Of a stretch of 62,022 nt of DNA, positions 50,503 to 60,316 are shown one piece after another. Position 1 is the stretch's first letter, and each line of letters opens with the position of its first letter. The notes beneath the pieces are model-generated. The model did not search any database, had not been told where the DNA came from, and saw only the letters and a program-made list of their open reading frames with translations. A program made the position numbers and the translations under genes. Location of the stretch: contig JAJZZI010000048.1 of assembly GCA_021797635.1 (NCBI GenBank), positions 1-62,022 of the forward strand, in the 5' to 3' direction. The DNA comes from Bacillota bacterium. GTDB lineage: Bacteria; Bacillota; Sulfobacillia; Sulfobacillales; Sulfobacillaceae.

Positions 50503-51634
50503 ATGGTGCTGGATGACGCCTTAGCATTGGGACAAGCGTTGAAGACGGTTTTAGACCGAGTAAGGGGGTCTCTTTGACCCTGATCGGCGGATCGAAGAAG
50601 TTGGGCGCCTCGAGAGCGCGATGGCCGAACGCGACTTTTGGGACCAACCACAGCGGGCTCGACAAATTACGAAACAGCTAGGCATTCTGCGCGATCCTTT
50701 GGACACGTATAGTCGCCTGCACAGTAAGGTCCAGGAGTGGATGGAACTCTTGGAACTGTTGCAAGGGGACCAAGATGAGAGCTTGACGCGAAATCTCTTG
50801 CATGAGGGTTCTGAGCTGATGGACGAGTTGCGAGCGTTGGAACTGACCTTGATCCTCACCGGGCCTTATGATGGCGAGGACGCTATTTTGACGCTCCATG
50901 CCGGTGCCGGTGGTACAGAAGCACAGGATTGGGTTGAGATGTTGCTGCGCATGTACCTAAGATGGGCCGAACGACGTGGCTTTAAGACGCGCATCTTGGA
51001 TCAGTTGCCGGGCGAAGAAGCCGGATTGAAGAGTGTCAGCGTGGAAGTACAGGGACCTAACGTCTTTGGATTTTTGCGGCCAGAGCGCGGAATTCACCGC
51101 TTGGTTCGGATATCGCCATTCGATGCTTCAGGGCGCCGCCATACGTCCTTCGCCTCCGTGGAGGTGATTCCCGATATCGACATGGATGATAGCATTGAGA
51201 TCCGACCCGAGGACCTACGGGTCGATACGTTCCGGGCTTCCGGGGCAGGAGGCCAGCACATCAATAAAACCGATTCCGCCGTGAGAATTACCCATCTAGC
51301 GACGGGAATCGTGGTGAGTTGTCAATCAGAGCGTTCGCAGCACGCCAATCGCGAGACCGCTATGAAGCTCCTAGTCGGCAAGTTGGCCGAACTCAAGGAA
51401 CGTGAATGGGAGACAAAAATGGCCGAAGTGCGCGGTGCTCAGGCCGATATAGGCTGGGGATCGCAGATTCGATCGTATGTATTTCAGCCCTATACCATCG
51501 TTCGTGACCATCGCACGCGATTCCAATTGGGCAATGTGGCGCAAGTCATGGATGGAGGGTTGGACGGCTTTATCGAAGCGTTTCTCCAGGCGCAGGCTAG
51601 GGGTACGCTGAGCTTGGAATCTGAGCAACCGTGA
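50503..51634 (+). CDS. prfB: peptide chain release factor 2, requiring a programmed +1 frameshift (50503-50574 joined to 50576-51634)
   Basis: Frame 0 encodes MVLDDALALGQALKTVLDRVRGSL, then TGA. The +1 frame continues DPDRRIEEVGRLES... and carries SPF (RISPFDASGRRHTSF) and GGQHINKT. Confidence 0.93.
50563..50578 (+). promoter_or_regulatory. prfB +1 frameshift site
   Basis: AGGGGG TCT CTT TGA C. An internal SD-like element sits 3 nt before the slippery CTT, followed by TGA and C. Confidence 0.85.
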
Positions 51635-52308
51635 GTCGTCTGTTTTGGGTATTATTAGGCTTCATCATCCTGCTCTCAGGGCTGCAGTGGATGGTGCCAA
51701 GCTGGGTTGGTAGAGCTTCGGCCGCGTGGTTAGGGCAGCATTTGCATGGTCCTCGTCCTGCTGTGGAGATTAGTGCCATTCCGTTTTGGCGGCTCGGGCG
51801 TGGACAATTTCAGCTTTTAGTGGTGCGTGGTCGTGACTTGACCGTCAGCGGCATCGTTTTACATGCCGTGCATTTGACTTGGCAGAATGGCCAAGTGGGC
51901 CTGAGTGCCAAGGGGCAACCGGTGAAGGTGCTTCGGGCTGGTCGCATCGACGGACAGGTCAGTATGACCGCATTCCAGGTGGCCCGCCTTATTGACCAAA
52001 AGGGGATTTTAAGCAAAACCAGGGTAGCCTTCCAAGGGCAAAATCTCATGGTGTCTGGAGTCCTCCCGCTGGCGGGACGGCGCGTGCCGATTACCGTTCG
52101 CGGTCCGTTAGTGTTGGGGCACGGCGGAACGGCGGTAACATTTCGCCCGCGAGTCCTGGACAGCGCAACCATTCCCTTAAGCACCAGCATTACGGTACTG
52201 CAACTATCTGCTTTTCGATTGCCTATCGCACTGAAGCTTACACGTTTATATTTGCACCAGGGCCAATTGACGGTGAACTTCCAAAATCGTTATTTTCGAG
52301 CTCTCTAG
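51631..52308 (+). CDS. DUF2993/LmeA-like membrane-anchored protein
   Basis: N-terminal TM segment, then the pattern AIPFWRLGRGQFQLLVVRGRDLTVSGIVLHAVHL typical of DUF2993. The GTG overlaps the prfB stop. Confidence 0.5.
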   Translation: MSRLFWVLLGFIILLSGLQWMVPSWVGRASAAWLGQHLHGPRPAVEISAIPFWRLGRGQFQLLVVRGRDLTVSGIVLHAVHLTWQNGQVGLSAKGQPVKVLRAGRIDGQVSMTAFQVARLIDQKGILSKTRVAFQGQNLMVSGVLPLAGRRVPITVRGPLVLGHGGTAVTFRPRVLDSATIPLSTSITVLQLSAFRLPIALKLTRLYLHQGQLTVNFQNRYFRAL

Positions 52309-52325
52309 CATTCGAAACCTGCGTC

Positions 52326-53228
52326 TTGGAGAGAAGGGTGGATACGCCAGCAAAATCGACGAGCCGGATGGCTCTGATTTCGCAGTGGATTAGGGGCAAT
52401 GCCCTCGACTATCTAATGATCATCGTAGGCACCGGGATTACCGCCACGGGTGTGAATGCGTTTTACGTGCCCAACCAGATTTCCGACGGCGGCGTGGCGG
52501 GCATAGGGATCATTCTCTTTTATTTTGCAGAAGTTCCCCTTTGGTTGACGCTCATCGCCTTAAACCTCCCGCTCCTGTGGTTGTCACACCGGCTGTGGGG
52601 CGGCAGGATGAGTCTGCGCACGCTGGTCGGCACCGTGCTGCTCTCGCTTTGGGTGGCCGTTCTCCATTGGCATCCTTTCACGCACAACATTCTCTTGGCC
52701 ACCGTCTATGGTGGAGTGTTTTCTGGATTAGGCTTGGGATTGGTATTTCGGGCCAAAGGAACGACCGGCGGCACGGATGTCGTCGCCAGATTCCTTACCC
52801 ACGTGTTGCCCATTAGCATGGGCCAAGGGATGTTGTTCATGGATGTCTTCGTTATCGCTGGGTTTGGCTTAGCTTTTAATCCCACGCATGCCATGTACTC
52901 GATGATTGCTTTGGTGATTTCGAGCCGGGCCATTGATCTTGTGCAAGAGGGGACCGACTTTGCCAGAGCGTTCACCATCATTACGCAGCATGCGGAAGAA
53001 CTCAGTCAGCATATTATTGGCGAACTAGGTCGGGGAGTAACTAGAAGCCAAGGCCAGGGGGCCTATACGGGAGAAGCGCGAGAAATTTTATTTGTGGTGG
53101 TGGGTCGAGCCGAGGTGTCCCGGCTGAAGGCGCTCGTCTATCGCATCGATCCTGAGGCCTTTGTCGTGGTCGGCAATGTGCACGAGGTGGTGGGCGAAGG
53201 TTTTCAGAGACCTCCTTTAGAAGAATGA
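52326..53228 (+). CDS. YitT-family membrane protein (DUF2179 C-terminal domain)
   Basis: GTGITATGVNAFYVPNQISDGGVAGIGIILFY and a C-terminal soluble domain (EILFVVVGRAEVSRLKALVYRIDPEAFVVV). Confidence 0.8.
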   Translation: MERRVDTPAKSTSRMALISQWIRGNALDYLMIIVGTGITATGVNAFYVPNQISDGGVAGIGIILFYFAEVPLWLTLIALNLPLLWLSHRLWGGRMSLRTLVGTVLLSLWVAVLHWHPFTHNILLATVYGGVFSGLGLGLVFRAKGTTGGTDVVARFLTHVLPISMGQGMLFMDVFVIAGFGLAFNPTHAMYSMIALVISSRAIDLVQEGTDFARAFTIITQHAEELSQHIIGELGRGVTRSQGQGAYTGEAREILFVVVGRAEVSRLKALVYRIDPEAFVVVGNVHEVVGEGFQRPPLEE

Positions 53229-53307
53229 AGACTGACGAAGAATTCCCGCTTGTAGAGCTAAGCCTCTAGATTGGCCATGCCGCCAGGCCTCAGTGCACAT
53301 TTAACGC

Positions 53308-54114
53308 CTATCGGGTCAAGTAATGGCTGCTAAGCCAACGCGGAAGGTTTCGGGCGATTTGACTCATGGCCTTGGTCAATTGGTCAAAGGGAGCTCCCTC
53401 GCTTAGCACCGTAGCCACGTAAACCCGGCCGCCTTCGCGATATACAATGCCGGTGTCGTGGCGGGCCTGATCGAGCGAACCCGTCTTGTGAGCGACGGCA
53501 ACCGAACTTGGCTGGCCCACGTACCGGCCGGAGCGCGTCTTGTCGATCAGGCTTATGGGGCCCTGGCAACGGCTCAAAAGATTTACCATGTGCTCGGACG
53601 CCAATTGGGAGACGCACTGACCGCGAGCCAGCTTTTCCATCACCAGGCTGAGGTCATACGCCGTGGTGTGGTTAAAGGTGTCGGGGCGTTCGGCCGGAAT
53701 GCGCTGCAACCGGCGCACCAATTCCGTATTTTTCATTCCGAGGCGCTGGATCATTTGATTAATCTTGTCGAGGCCGAGATAATCGATGAGGAGGTTCGTG
53801 GCCGTGTTGTCGGATACGGTAATCATCAAGGTGGTCAAATCGCGAATGCTAAAACTTGCGCCTTGGCTAAGGTCTTGAAGAACGCCCGAGCCTCCCACTT
53901 GGTCTTCGCGGCGCATGGTAAGCATGTCGTCCAAAGAGGCGCGTTCGTCCTCGACACGACGATAGACTTCGGTCATGATCGGGACTTTGATGGTGCTTGC
54001 CGATGGGAAAATATCGTGTTCATGATAGGCGAGCACGGCATCGCTTTCTAGGTCCTTGGCATAGATGGCGTAACGCCCCGGCAACTTGGCAATTAAGCTT
54101 TCAGCGAGCACCAA
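53308..54114 (-). CDS. class A beta-lactamase-like serine hydrolase, no signal peptide
   Basis: The S-x-x-K motif (SASTIK), SDN (VSDNTATN) and KTG (HKTGS) are all present. The N-terminus lacks a hydrophobic leader. Confidence 0.7.
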   Translation of the reverse strand: MVLAESLIAKLPGRYAIYAKDLESDAVLAYHEHDIFPSASTIKVPIMTEVYRRVEDERASLDDMLTMRREDQVGGSGVLQDLSQGASFSIRDLTTLMITVSDNTATNLLIDYLGLDKINQMIQRLGMKNTELVRRLQRIPAERPDTFNHTTAYDLSLVMEKLARGQCVSQLASEHMVNLLSRCQGPISLIDKTRSGRYVGQPSSVAVAHKTGSLDQARHDTGIVYREGGRVYVATVLSEGAPFDQLTKAMSQIARNLPRWLSSHYLTR

Positions 54115-54201
54115 AAGACCTCCTTGTTGGAGAGATTTGATACCATCATAGCATGACGGAGTGGGCCGACAGATGAATCGTTAAAAACCGGAGGGGGCGC
54201 C

Positions 54202-55125
54202 ATGGCAGTCATCGTGGTAGGTAGCATCAATCTTGACCTCATCGCTCACATCGACCAAATTCCCGGACCCGGGGAGACCAGGATGGCTGAGCGGCTGGAA
54301 ATTAGCCCGGGCGGCAAGGGGGCCAACCAGGCCCTGGCGGCCAGGAGAATGGGAGCGTCAACGACCTTGCTGGGCACCGTGGGCGCCGATGCGTTTGCTC
54401 GCCAGGCGACATTTCTCTTGCGGAAATCCGGCGTGGACCTCACCTATCTCGATACGGACCCCGATTTGGCTACGGGCTTGGCCATGATTGCTGTGGATGG
54501 CAACGGGCAAAATGCCATTACCGTGGTAAGTGGAGCCAACCATGCCACGGATGAAAAGGCGCTGGCTCACTTGGATCGTTTGATCAAGGCCGGGGATTGG
54601 GTGGTGGTTCAAAATGAGATTCCCCTGGCCACCGTGGAGCGTGCCCTTTGGACTGCCCACCAGCGTGGGGCCAGGGTTATTTGGGATCCGGCGCCAGCGA
54701 GCCCCAAGGTGTCCAAACTCTTGTGGTCGACTGATGTGATCGTTCCCAATCAAGGCGAGGCGGAAGTTCTGTTGGCAAGTTCGGTAGCGGATGTGCGTTC
54801 GGCCAAGGCCGCTGCCCGTCGCCTTCGTGAAAACGGGGTGGCCGCAGCGGTCGTGAAGCTGGGTGCAGAGGGTGTCGTTTGGGCTACCGCGCATGGAGTC
54901 TTTTACCTACCTGCGACCAGCGTCTCTGCGGTGGACACCGTGGGCGCCGGCGACGTGTTTGCGGGAGCCTTGGCTGCACGGCTCGACCACGGGGACGGCC
55001 TGTCTGAGGCCATCGCCTGGGCCAACCTGGCGGCGGGACTGTCCACCACACAAAATGGGGCGCAGCCCTCATTTCCGACTTGGGAGATCGTTCGTCAGTA
55101 TGCCTATCGTCAACAGCAACATTAA
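54202..55125 (+). CDS. rbsK: ribokinase
   Basis: VVGSINLDL, PGGKGANQA and the GAGDVFAGAL anion-hole motif. Confidence 0.85.
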   Translation: MAVIVVGSINLDLIAHIDQIPGPGETRMAERLEISPGGKGANQALAARRMGASTTLLGTVGADAFARQATFLLRKSGVDLTYLDTDPDLATGLAMIAVDGNGQNAITVVSGANHATDEKALAHLDRLIKAGDWVVVQNEIPLATVERALWTAHQRGARVIWDPAPASPKVSKLLWSTDVIVPNQGEAEVLLASSVADVRSAKAAARRLRENGVAAAVVKLGAEGVVWATAHGVFYLPATSVSAVDTVGAGDVFAGALAARLDHGDGLSEAIAWANLAAGLSTTQNGAQPSFPTWEIVRQYAYRQQQH

Positions 55126-55147
55126 ACTCAAGCATTACAGAGGAGCG

Positions 55148-56086
55148 ATGACCGTGCGATGCTATTTGGATATGGATCCGGGGATTGACGACGCGTTGGC
55201 CTTGGCCGTGGCCTTAAAACAGTGTGACGTGGCGGGTATCACTAGCGTGGCAGGGAATGTTGAAGGGAAGAAGACGTTTGATAACACAGGACGTCTTTTA
55301 AAAGTTTTTGGACGACCTGACGTGCCCGTGGTTCCTGGCGCCACGAGGCCACTATTGCTTTTCGAGTCCATCTTTGCCGAGCATGTCCATGGTTCAAGCG
55401 GGTTGGACGGATATCCCCTTTTAGGGGAAGGCGTGAAGGCTTCGTCGCGGTTGCCAGCGTGGCAGTGGTTGGCAGCGGGCCTGGCCGCCGAATCCAGGCC
55501 GGTTGATCTGATTGCCACCGGGCCCTTGACCAACATGGCCCGGTTTTTGGCTGGCTTCGACAATGATGACTATCAACAGCGAGTGCGAGCAATTACCGTC
55601 ATGGGAGGCTCGCTGTCAGGCGGGAATGTGACGAGCACCGCCGAATTTAATTTCTTTGCCGACCCAGATGCCGCGGATTTGGTTCTCGGTTCGGGCTGGC
55701 CCGTGCGCATGGTGGGGCTGGATGTGACCACGCTTGCGGGCATGCCCACCAGCGATTTAGCCCGGCTAGGCCAACAAGGAAGGGCCGGCGAAGTGTTGGA
55801 GGGCTTGCTGGGGTTTTATGCTCAAGCCTTGGAACGGATCGGTGAAGCGGTCGACCAGATTTATCTTCACGACGCGGTAGCCGTTGCCGCCGCGTGTCAC
55901 CCAGAGAAATTTGTCTGGAAGAAAGCGCCGCTTCGAGTGGTACGAGAGGGCGAGCTCCGGGGGACGGTGGTCGAAGTTCTCGGCCAAAGCCATGGGCGAC
56001 CTTTGGTCGACGTGGCGGTCGACGTGGACCGCGAATGGTTTTTGTCCTTCGTCTGGGAAAGCTTGACGCAATATAAAACCGGATGA
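55148..56086 (+). CDS. nucleoside hydrolase (IUNH family)
   Basis: The DMDPGIDDALAL aspartate cluster is at the N-terminus. The ATG at 55148 follows rbsK. The track ORF starts spuriously at 54863. Confidence 0.85.
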   Translation: MTVRCYLDMDPGIDDALALAVALKQCDVAGITSVAGNVEGKKTFDNTGRLLKVFGRPDVPVVPGATRPLLLFESIFAEHVHGSSGLDGYPLLGEGVKASSRLPAWQWLAAGLAAESRPVDLIATGPLTNMARFLAGFDNDDYQQRVRAITVMGGSLSGGNVTSTAEFNFFADPDAADLVLGSGWPVRMVGLDVTTLAGMPTSDLARLGQQGRAGEVLEGLLGFYAQALERIGEAVDQIYLHDAVAVAAACHPEKFVWKKAPLRVVREGELRGTVVEVLGQSHGRPLVDVAVDVDREWFLSFVWESLTQYKTG

Positions 56087-56205
56087 TAGTAAAGTCAAAA
56101 AACTTCTATCGTTTTGGCAGGGATTTTTAACCTGGATGGGGAAGTCTACCTTGTTTCAAACGAGAGATTCAGATTCAGGTACTTAGCGAAGGAGCGGAAG
56201 CATCA

Positions 56206-57306
56206 ATGGCGAGTGTGCGACTGGAGCATGTTTTCAAGAGGTTTGGAAACGTGGATGCCGTCAGTGACGTAAATCTGGATATTGCCGATCAAGAATTTTT
56301 AGTGCTCTTGGGGCCGTCCGGCTGTGGAAAAACCACGACCCTGCGGATGGTTGCGGGACTTGAGGAATTAAGTGACGGGTCTATCTTCATTGGGGATCGG
56401 GAAGTGAGCCAAGTGGCCCCGAAAGACCGTGACATTGCCATGGTGTTTCAAAACTACGCCCTCTATCCTCATATGACGGTGTATGAAAACATGGCGTTTG
56501 GTTTGAAGCTCCGTAAAGTGCCAAGGCCCGAGATTGAGCGCCGAGTGAAGGAGGCGGCGGACATTCTTGGGTTAGGTGCCCTGCTCACGCGCAAGCCCAA
56601 GGAACTTTCCGGAGGTCAACGGCAGCGGGTTGCGCTGGGTCGGGCCATTGTGCGTGAGCCCAAAGCCTTCCTAATGGATGAACCCCTCTCGAACTTGGAC
56701 GCTAAGTTGCGAACGCAAACGCGCGTGGAACTAAAGCGCCTGCATCAACGCTTAGGTGCCACGATTCTGTACGTTACCCACGATCAAACGGAAGCCATGA
56801 CCATGGGAACGCGCATTGTCGTGATGCGCGATGGGGTGGTTCAGCAAGTCGACACCCCGGACGGGATTTACAATCACCCCGCCAACCAGTTTGTCGCAAC
56901 CTTCGTGGGCACTCCTGCTATGAACCTCTTGCCCGGCGAGTTGACCCAAAAGGGAGGAGCCCTTATGTTTCACACCTTTGGGCAGGACGTGACTTTGCCA
57001 GAGTCGATGAGAGCCCGATTGTCTCAAGCAGCGGGACGCAAAGTGACCCTTGGCATACGGCCCGAAGATGTGCACCTCTCTTCCGACTTTGTTTCTAATC
57101 ACCCTGATTTGCAAATGAAGGCTACCGTGCGTGTGGTTGAGCCGATGGGCCATGAAAATATGGTGTATTTGGCCATTGGTGAGGAAACGGTTACGGCCAG
57201 GGCGAGCAATGACTGGCATGCCGATCTTGGCGATGTGGTAACCTGCGCCTTTGACGGAGCCAGGCTGCATGCGTTCGATCGGGAAACTGAGGCCGCGTTA
57301 GTGTAA
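56206..57306 (+). CDS. sugar-type ABC transporter ATP-binding protein (MsmX/MalK/UgpC-like)
   Basis: GPSGCGKTT, LSGGQRQR, FLMDEPLSNLD and a C-terminal TOBE-like regulatory domain. Confidence 0.9.
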   Translation: MASVRLEHVFKRFGNVDAVSDVNLDIADQEFLVLLGPSGCGKTTTLRMVAGLEELSDGSIFIGDREVSQVAPKDRDIAMVFQNYALYPHMTVYENMAFGLKLRKVPRPEIERRVKEAADILGLGALLTRKPKELSGGQRQRVALGRAIVREPKAFLMDEPLSNLDAKLRTQTRVELKRLHQRLGATILYVTHDQTEAMTMGTRIVVMRDGVVQQVDTPDGIYNHPANQFVATFVGTPAMNLLPGELTQKGGALMFHTFGQDVTLPESMRARLSQAAGRKVTLGIRPEDVHLSSDFVSNHPDLQMKATVRVVEPMGHENMVYLAIGEETVTARASNDWHADLGDVVTCAFDGARLHAFDRETEAALV

Positions 57307-57323
57307 CGAAGAGGCCCAAAAAA

Positions 57324-57362
57324 CACGCCCCGTTCTGTAAGTCCTGGAACGGGGCGTGCTTT
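57324..57362 (+). terminator. terminator hairpin after the ABC ATPase gene
   Basis: 12-bp perfect stem CACGCCCCGTTC / GAACGGGGCGTG with an 11-nt loop, followed by a short CTTT. Confidence 0.55.
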
Positions 57363-57701
57363 GATCCTGGCGAGAGTCGTCTACTAAAAACAGCTTCGTG
57401 TTTCAAACTCGCCATGAACCCAGCAGGATGGTTTAAGACAGCTTGGGCCCCCGCGGTTTGGCCTCTCGGCGGAACGGTCTTAGCTGAAGAGAGGACCACG
57501 TCACGAAGCCGCCTATCTCTCACGCACACTCGTGCAAAGCGCCCCTCCTCTCATGCTGGCCACGGTTCTCGTGGGAGGTCGGCACCTTTTCTCGTCGGCT
57601 CTTATCGCAAATTTTATCTGCGCGGAGGTAACCTATCCCATCGTTTCAGCGTTTATGGTTGGTGAAGAGGGGACTAAGACCAAGGATGGGGGGTTAGTAG
57701 G

Positions 57702-57866
57702 ATGAAGGCACACGTAAACCAAAAGAAGGCAGAGTACTATCTTTACAGCTGGCAGATTTCGGAATTGCGCCGAATCTCGCGGGAAACCCGGCGCCCTCCC
57801 TCTGAAGTTTTGCGTAGCGTATTAAGTGAAGCGCTGGGACCTGGGCCACAAGACCGCCAGCCCTAG
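57702..57866 (+). CDS. possible 54-aa ribbon-helix-helix (CopG-like) protein
   Basis: The ORF is below the track cutoff. A GGGGGG run lies upstream of its [38 protein letters not shown] fits a strand-helix-helix RHH pattern. Its 3' end overlaps the convergent acs stop by 4 nt. Confidence 0.3.
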   Translation: MKAHVNQKKAEYYLYSWQISELRRISRETRRPPSEVLRSVLSEALGPGPQDRQP

Positions 57867-59821
57867 TCTTGCCCTTCATACTGCTGCTTTAAGGACTCGA
57901 TAACCGCTGGATCGGCCAGAGTGCTCGTGTCCCCAAGCGCCCGTCCTTCGGCGACGTCGCGCAAGAGCCGACGCATAATCTTGCCACTGCGCGTTTTGGG
58001 CAGTTCCGCAGTAAAGAAAATTTCTTCTGGTCGGGCCATCGCTCCGATGGTTTCGGCGACGTGGACCTTCAGGTCTTGGGCCAATTCACTGGTTCCCTGG
58101 ACGCCCTCCTTAAGGGTTACGAATGCGCTGATGGCTTGCCCTTTGACGTCATGATGCCGGCCTATGACGGCCGATTCGGCAACACGGCGGTCATCCACTA
58201 AAGCGCTTTCGACTTCCATCGTGCCAATTCGGTGACCGGAGACATTAATCACGTCATCGACGCGGCCGAGGATCCAATAGTAGCCATCCTCGTCAACTCG
58301 CGCACCATCGCCCGTGAAATATACGCCCGGGAAACGGTCCCAATAGGTTTCCCGGTAGCGTGGATCGTCTCCCCAGATGGTTCGGAGCATGGACGGCCAA
58401 GGGCGGGTGACCACGAGATACCCGCCGCCACCAGGGCCGACGGGCTCTCCCTTAGCGTCGACGACGTCCGTAAAGATGCCGGGAACGGGCACGGCTGCAG
58501 AACCCGGTTTGAGCTCGGTCAGACCCGGCAAGGGGGAGATCATGGCCGCCCCCGTCTCCGTTTGCCACCACGTATCCACGATGGGGCAGCGGGACTGGCC
58601 GATCACCTGGTAATACCACATCCAGGCTTCAGGATTGATCGGTTCGCCGACCGTGCCTAAGAGGCGAAGTGAATCCAGACGATGGCTACTTGGTAGCTCG
58701 GGTCCCCATTTCATGAAAGTTCTAATCGACGTAGGGGCCGTGTAAAACACCGTGACGCCGTAGCGCTCGATGATCTCCCAATAGCGATCGCGTTCTGGCC
58801 AATCTGGGGCCCCTTCGTAGATCACCACGGTGGCACCGCATGATAGGGGGCCGTAGACGACATAGGTGTGTCCGGTGATCCATCCGATATCGGCGGTGCA
58901 GAAGTAAATATCGTCTGGTTTGAGGTCAAACACTAGGCGACACGAGGTGTTGGCCCCGGTCAGATACCCCGCGGTAGAGTGAACAATGCCCTTAGGCTTA
59001 CCGGTGGTCCCGGAAGTGTAAAGCGTAAAGAGCACGTCTTCGGCATTTCGCGGCACTGCTGCAAAGGGGGTAGCGGGGGCTTGATCCATCATCTCGTGCC
59101 ACCACACGTCTCGACCTTGGTGCATGGTTAAACCCTCTACCTGGCCCACTCGTTCGACCACGACCACTTGCTTTACTCTCGGACATTGGGTAAGGGCTTG
59201 GTCCGTGTTCGCCTTTAAGGGGACTACCTTTCCGCGACGGAAGCCGGCATCCGCGGTAATCACGACGTGGGCGTCGGCATCGTTGATTCGTTCGGCTAAG
59301 GCTTTGGCGGAAAATCCACCAAACACAATGGAATGGATCGCCCCAATTTTGGCGCAGGCCAGCATCGCGATGACCAACTCGGGAACCATAGGCAGGTAAA
59401 TGGTAACGCGGTCTCCCGCGCCGACGCCAAGGGAGGTCAGCATGTGAGCCGCGCGGTCGACTTCCCGCCCCAGCATGTCGTAGGTGAGCACGGTGCGTTC
59501 GCCGGTCTCTGCCTCCCAAATGATAGCGGCCTTATTCTTGGTCGCGCCCTGGCGGTGACGGTCGACGGTGTTGGTGGCGGCGTTTAGTTCGCCGTCGTAG
59601 AACCAACGTGCATGGGGAGGCTCCCAATCCAAAACCTTGGTGAACGGGTTCGACCACTGAAGGCATCGGGCCTGCTCTGCCCAAAATTCTTCCGGATTGG
59701 CGGCTGCCTTGTGATAGATCTCTTGGCTAGACGCCGTGGCTTGTTCACGGAACGCGCGGGGCGGTGAAAATCGCCTCGTTTCGTGCAGCAAAGTATCAAA
59801 TTTTTCCCCTTCGGATGACAT
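57863..59821 (-). CDS. acs: acetyl-CoA synthetase
   Basis: [14 protein letters not shown]-binding motif, WQTETG and the C-terminal [11 protein letters not shown] with the acetylatable lysine context. Confidence 0.95.
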   Translation of the reverse strand: MSSEGEKFDTLLHETRRFSPPRAFREQATASSQEIYHKAAANPEEFWAEQARCLQWSNPFTKVLDWEPPHARWFYDGELNAATNTVDRHRQGATKNKAAIIWEAETGERTVLTYDMLGREVDRAAHMLTSLGVGAGDRVTIYLPMVPELVIAMLACAKIGAIHSIVFGGFSAKALAERINDADAHVVITADAGFRRGKVVPLKANTDQALTQCPRVKQVVVVERVGQVEGLTMHQGRDVWWHEMMDQAPATPFAAVPRNAEDVLFTLYTSGTTGKPKGIVHSTAGYLTGANTSCRLVFDLKPDDIYFCTADIGWITGHTYVVYGPLSCGATVVIYEGAPDWPERDRYWEIIERYGVTVFYTAPTSIRTFMKWGPELPSSHRLDSLRLLGTVGEPINPEAWMWYYQVIGQSRCPIVDTWWQTETGAAMISPLPGLTELKPGSAAVPVPGIFTDVVDAKGEPVGPGGGGYLVVTRPWPSMLRTIWGDDPRYRETYWDRFPGVYFTGDGARVDEDGYYWILGRVDDVINVSGHRIGTMEVESALVDDRRVAESAVIGRHHDVKGQAISAFVTLKEGVQGTSELAQDLKVHVAETIGAMARPEEIFFTAELPKTRSGKIMRRLLRDVAEGRALGDTSTLADPAVIESLKQQYEGQD

Positions 59822-59927
59822 CCGAACACCTCCAAAATGGTCGTAAACACGGTTATCGTCCTAGAGCTATTCGGGATCTAGACCAAACTTCCTGCCCGGT
59901 TTCCCTAGTGCCGGCTCTCGGGCGGCA

Positions 59928-60158
59928 TCAAATTTCGAATAATGGATCTCCGGGAGCGTGAACACAATACCGCCAGTACTTAGCATAGCAATTGGGCCCA
60001 ACTTGGATGTAACTCTTTGGCAATGGTGCCCAGGCGGTCTCAGAGTCGGGGCGGCGCACTTCGCGATGTTGTCCGTCGTTTCCCACCCGACATTGCCAGA
60101 CCTCGCGCTCGCCTCCCGGACCGCCGTCATCAGCCCATTCGTAAAGTTCTATGGTCAC
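59928..60158 (-). CDS. hypothetical 76-aa protein
   Basis: GTG start 7 nt after a perfect AAGGAGG. It lies 106 nt upstream of acs on the same strand. No family was recognised. Confidence 0.5.
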   Translation of the reverse strand: MTIELYEWADDGGPGGEREVWQCRVGNDGQHREVRRPDSETAWAPLPKSYIQVGPNCYAKYWRYCVHAPGDPLFEI

Positions 60159-60316
60159 GTGGGTTTCCTCCTTAGAACATTCTCAAGAAAGTTCAGCCGT
60201 CATTAGGGATCGTAGTCATTATGCCATGATGGACTGGGCGTTGTGGGGGTCAAGTACCGAAATTGCCATGAGCATGCTAAAATTAGCAGAAAATGGGGCT
60301 GAGGAGTGAACAGTGG

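Noticed and set aside
57364-57701. tmRNA, RNase P RNA, SRP RNA or cobalamin riboswitch in the unexplained intergenic region.
   Set aside because: No GGGG...TCCACCA ends or tag ORF (tmRNA), no GAGGAAAGTCC / ACAGAACCCGGCTTA (RNase P), no GGAAGGAAGCAGC-type SRP domain IV and no B12 box were seen on either strand. A riboswitch on the minus strand would also have no downstream gene.
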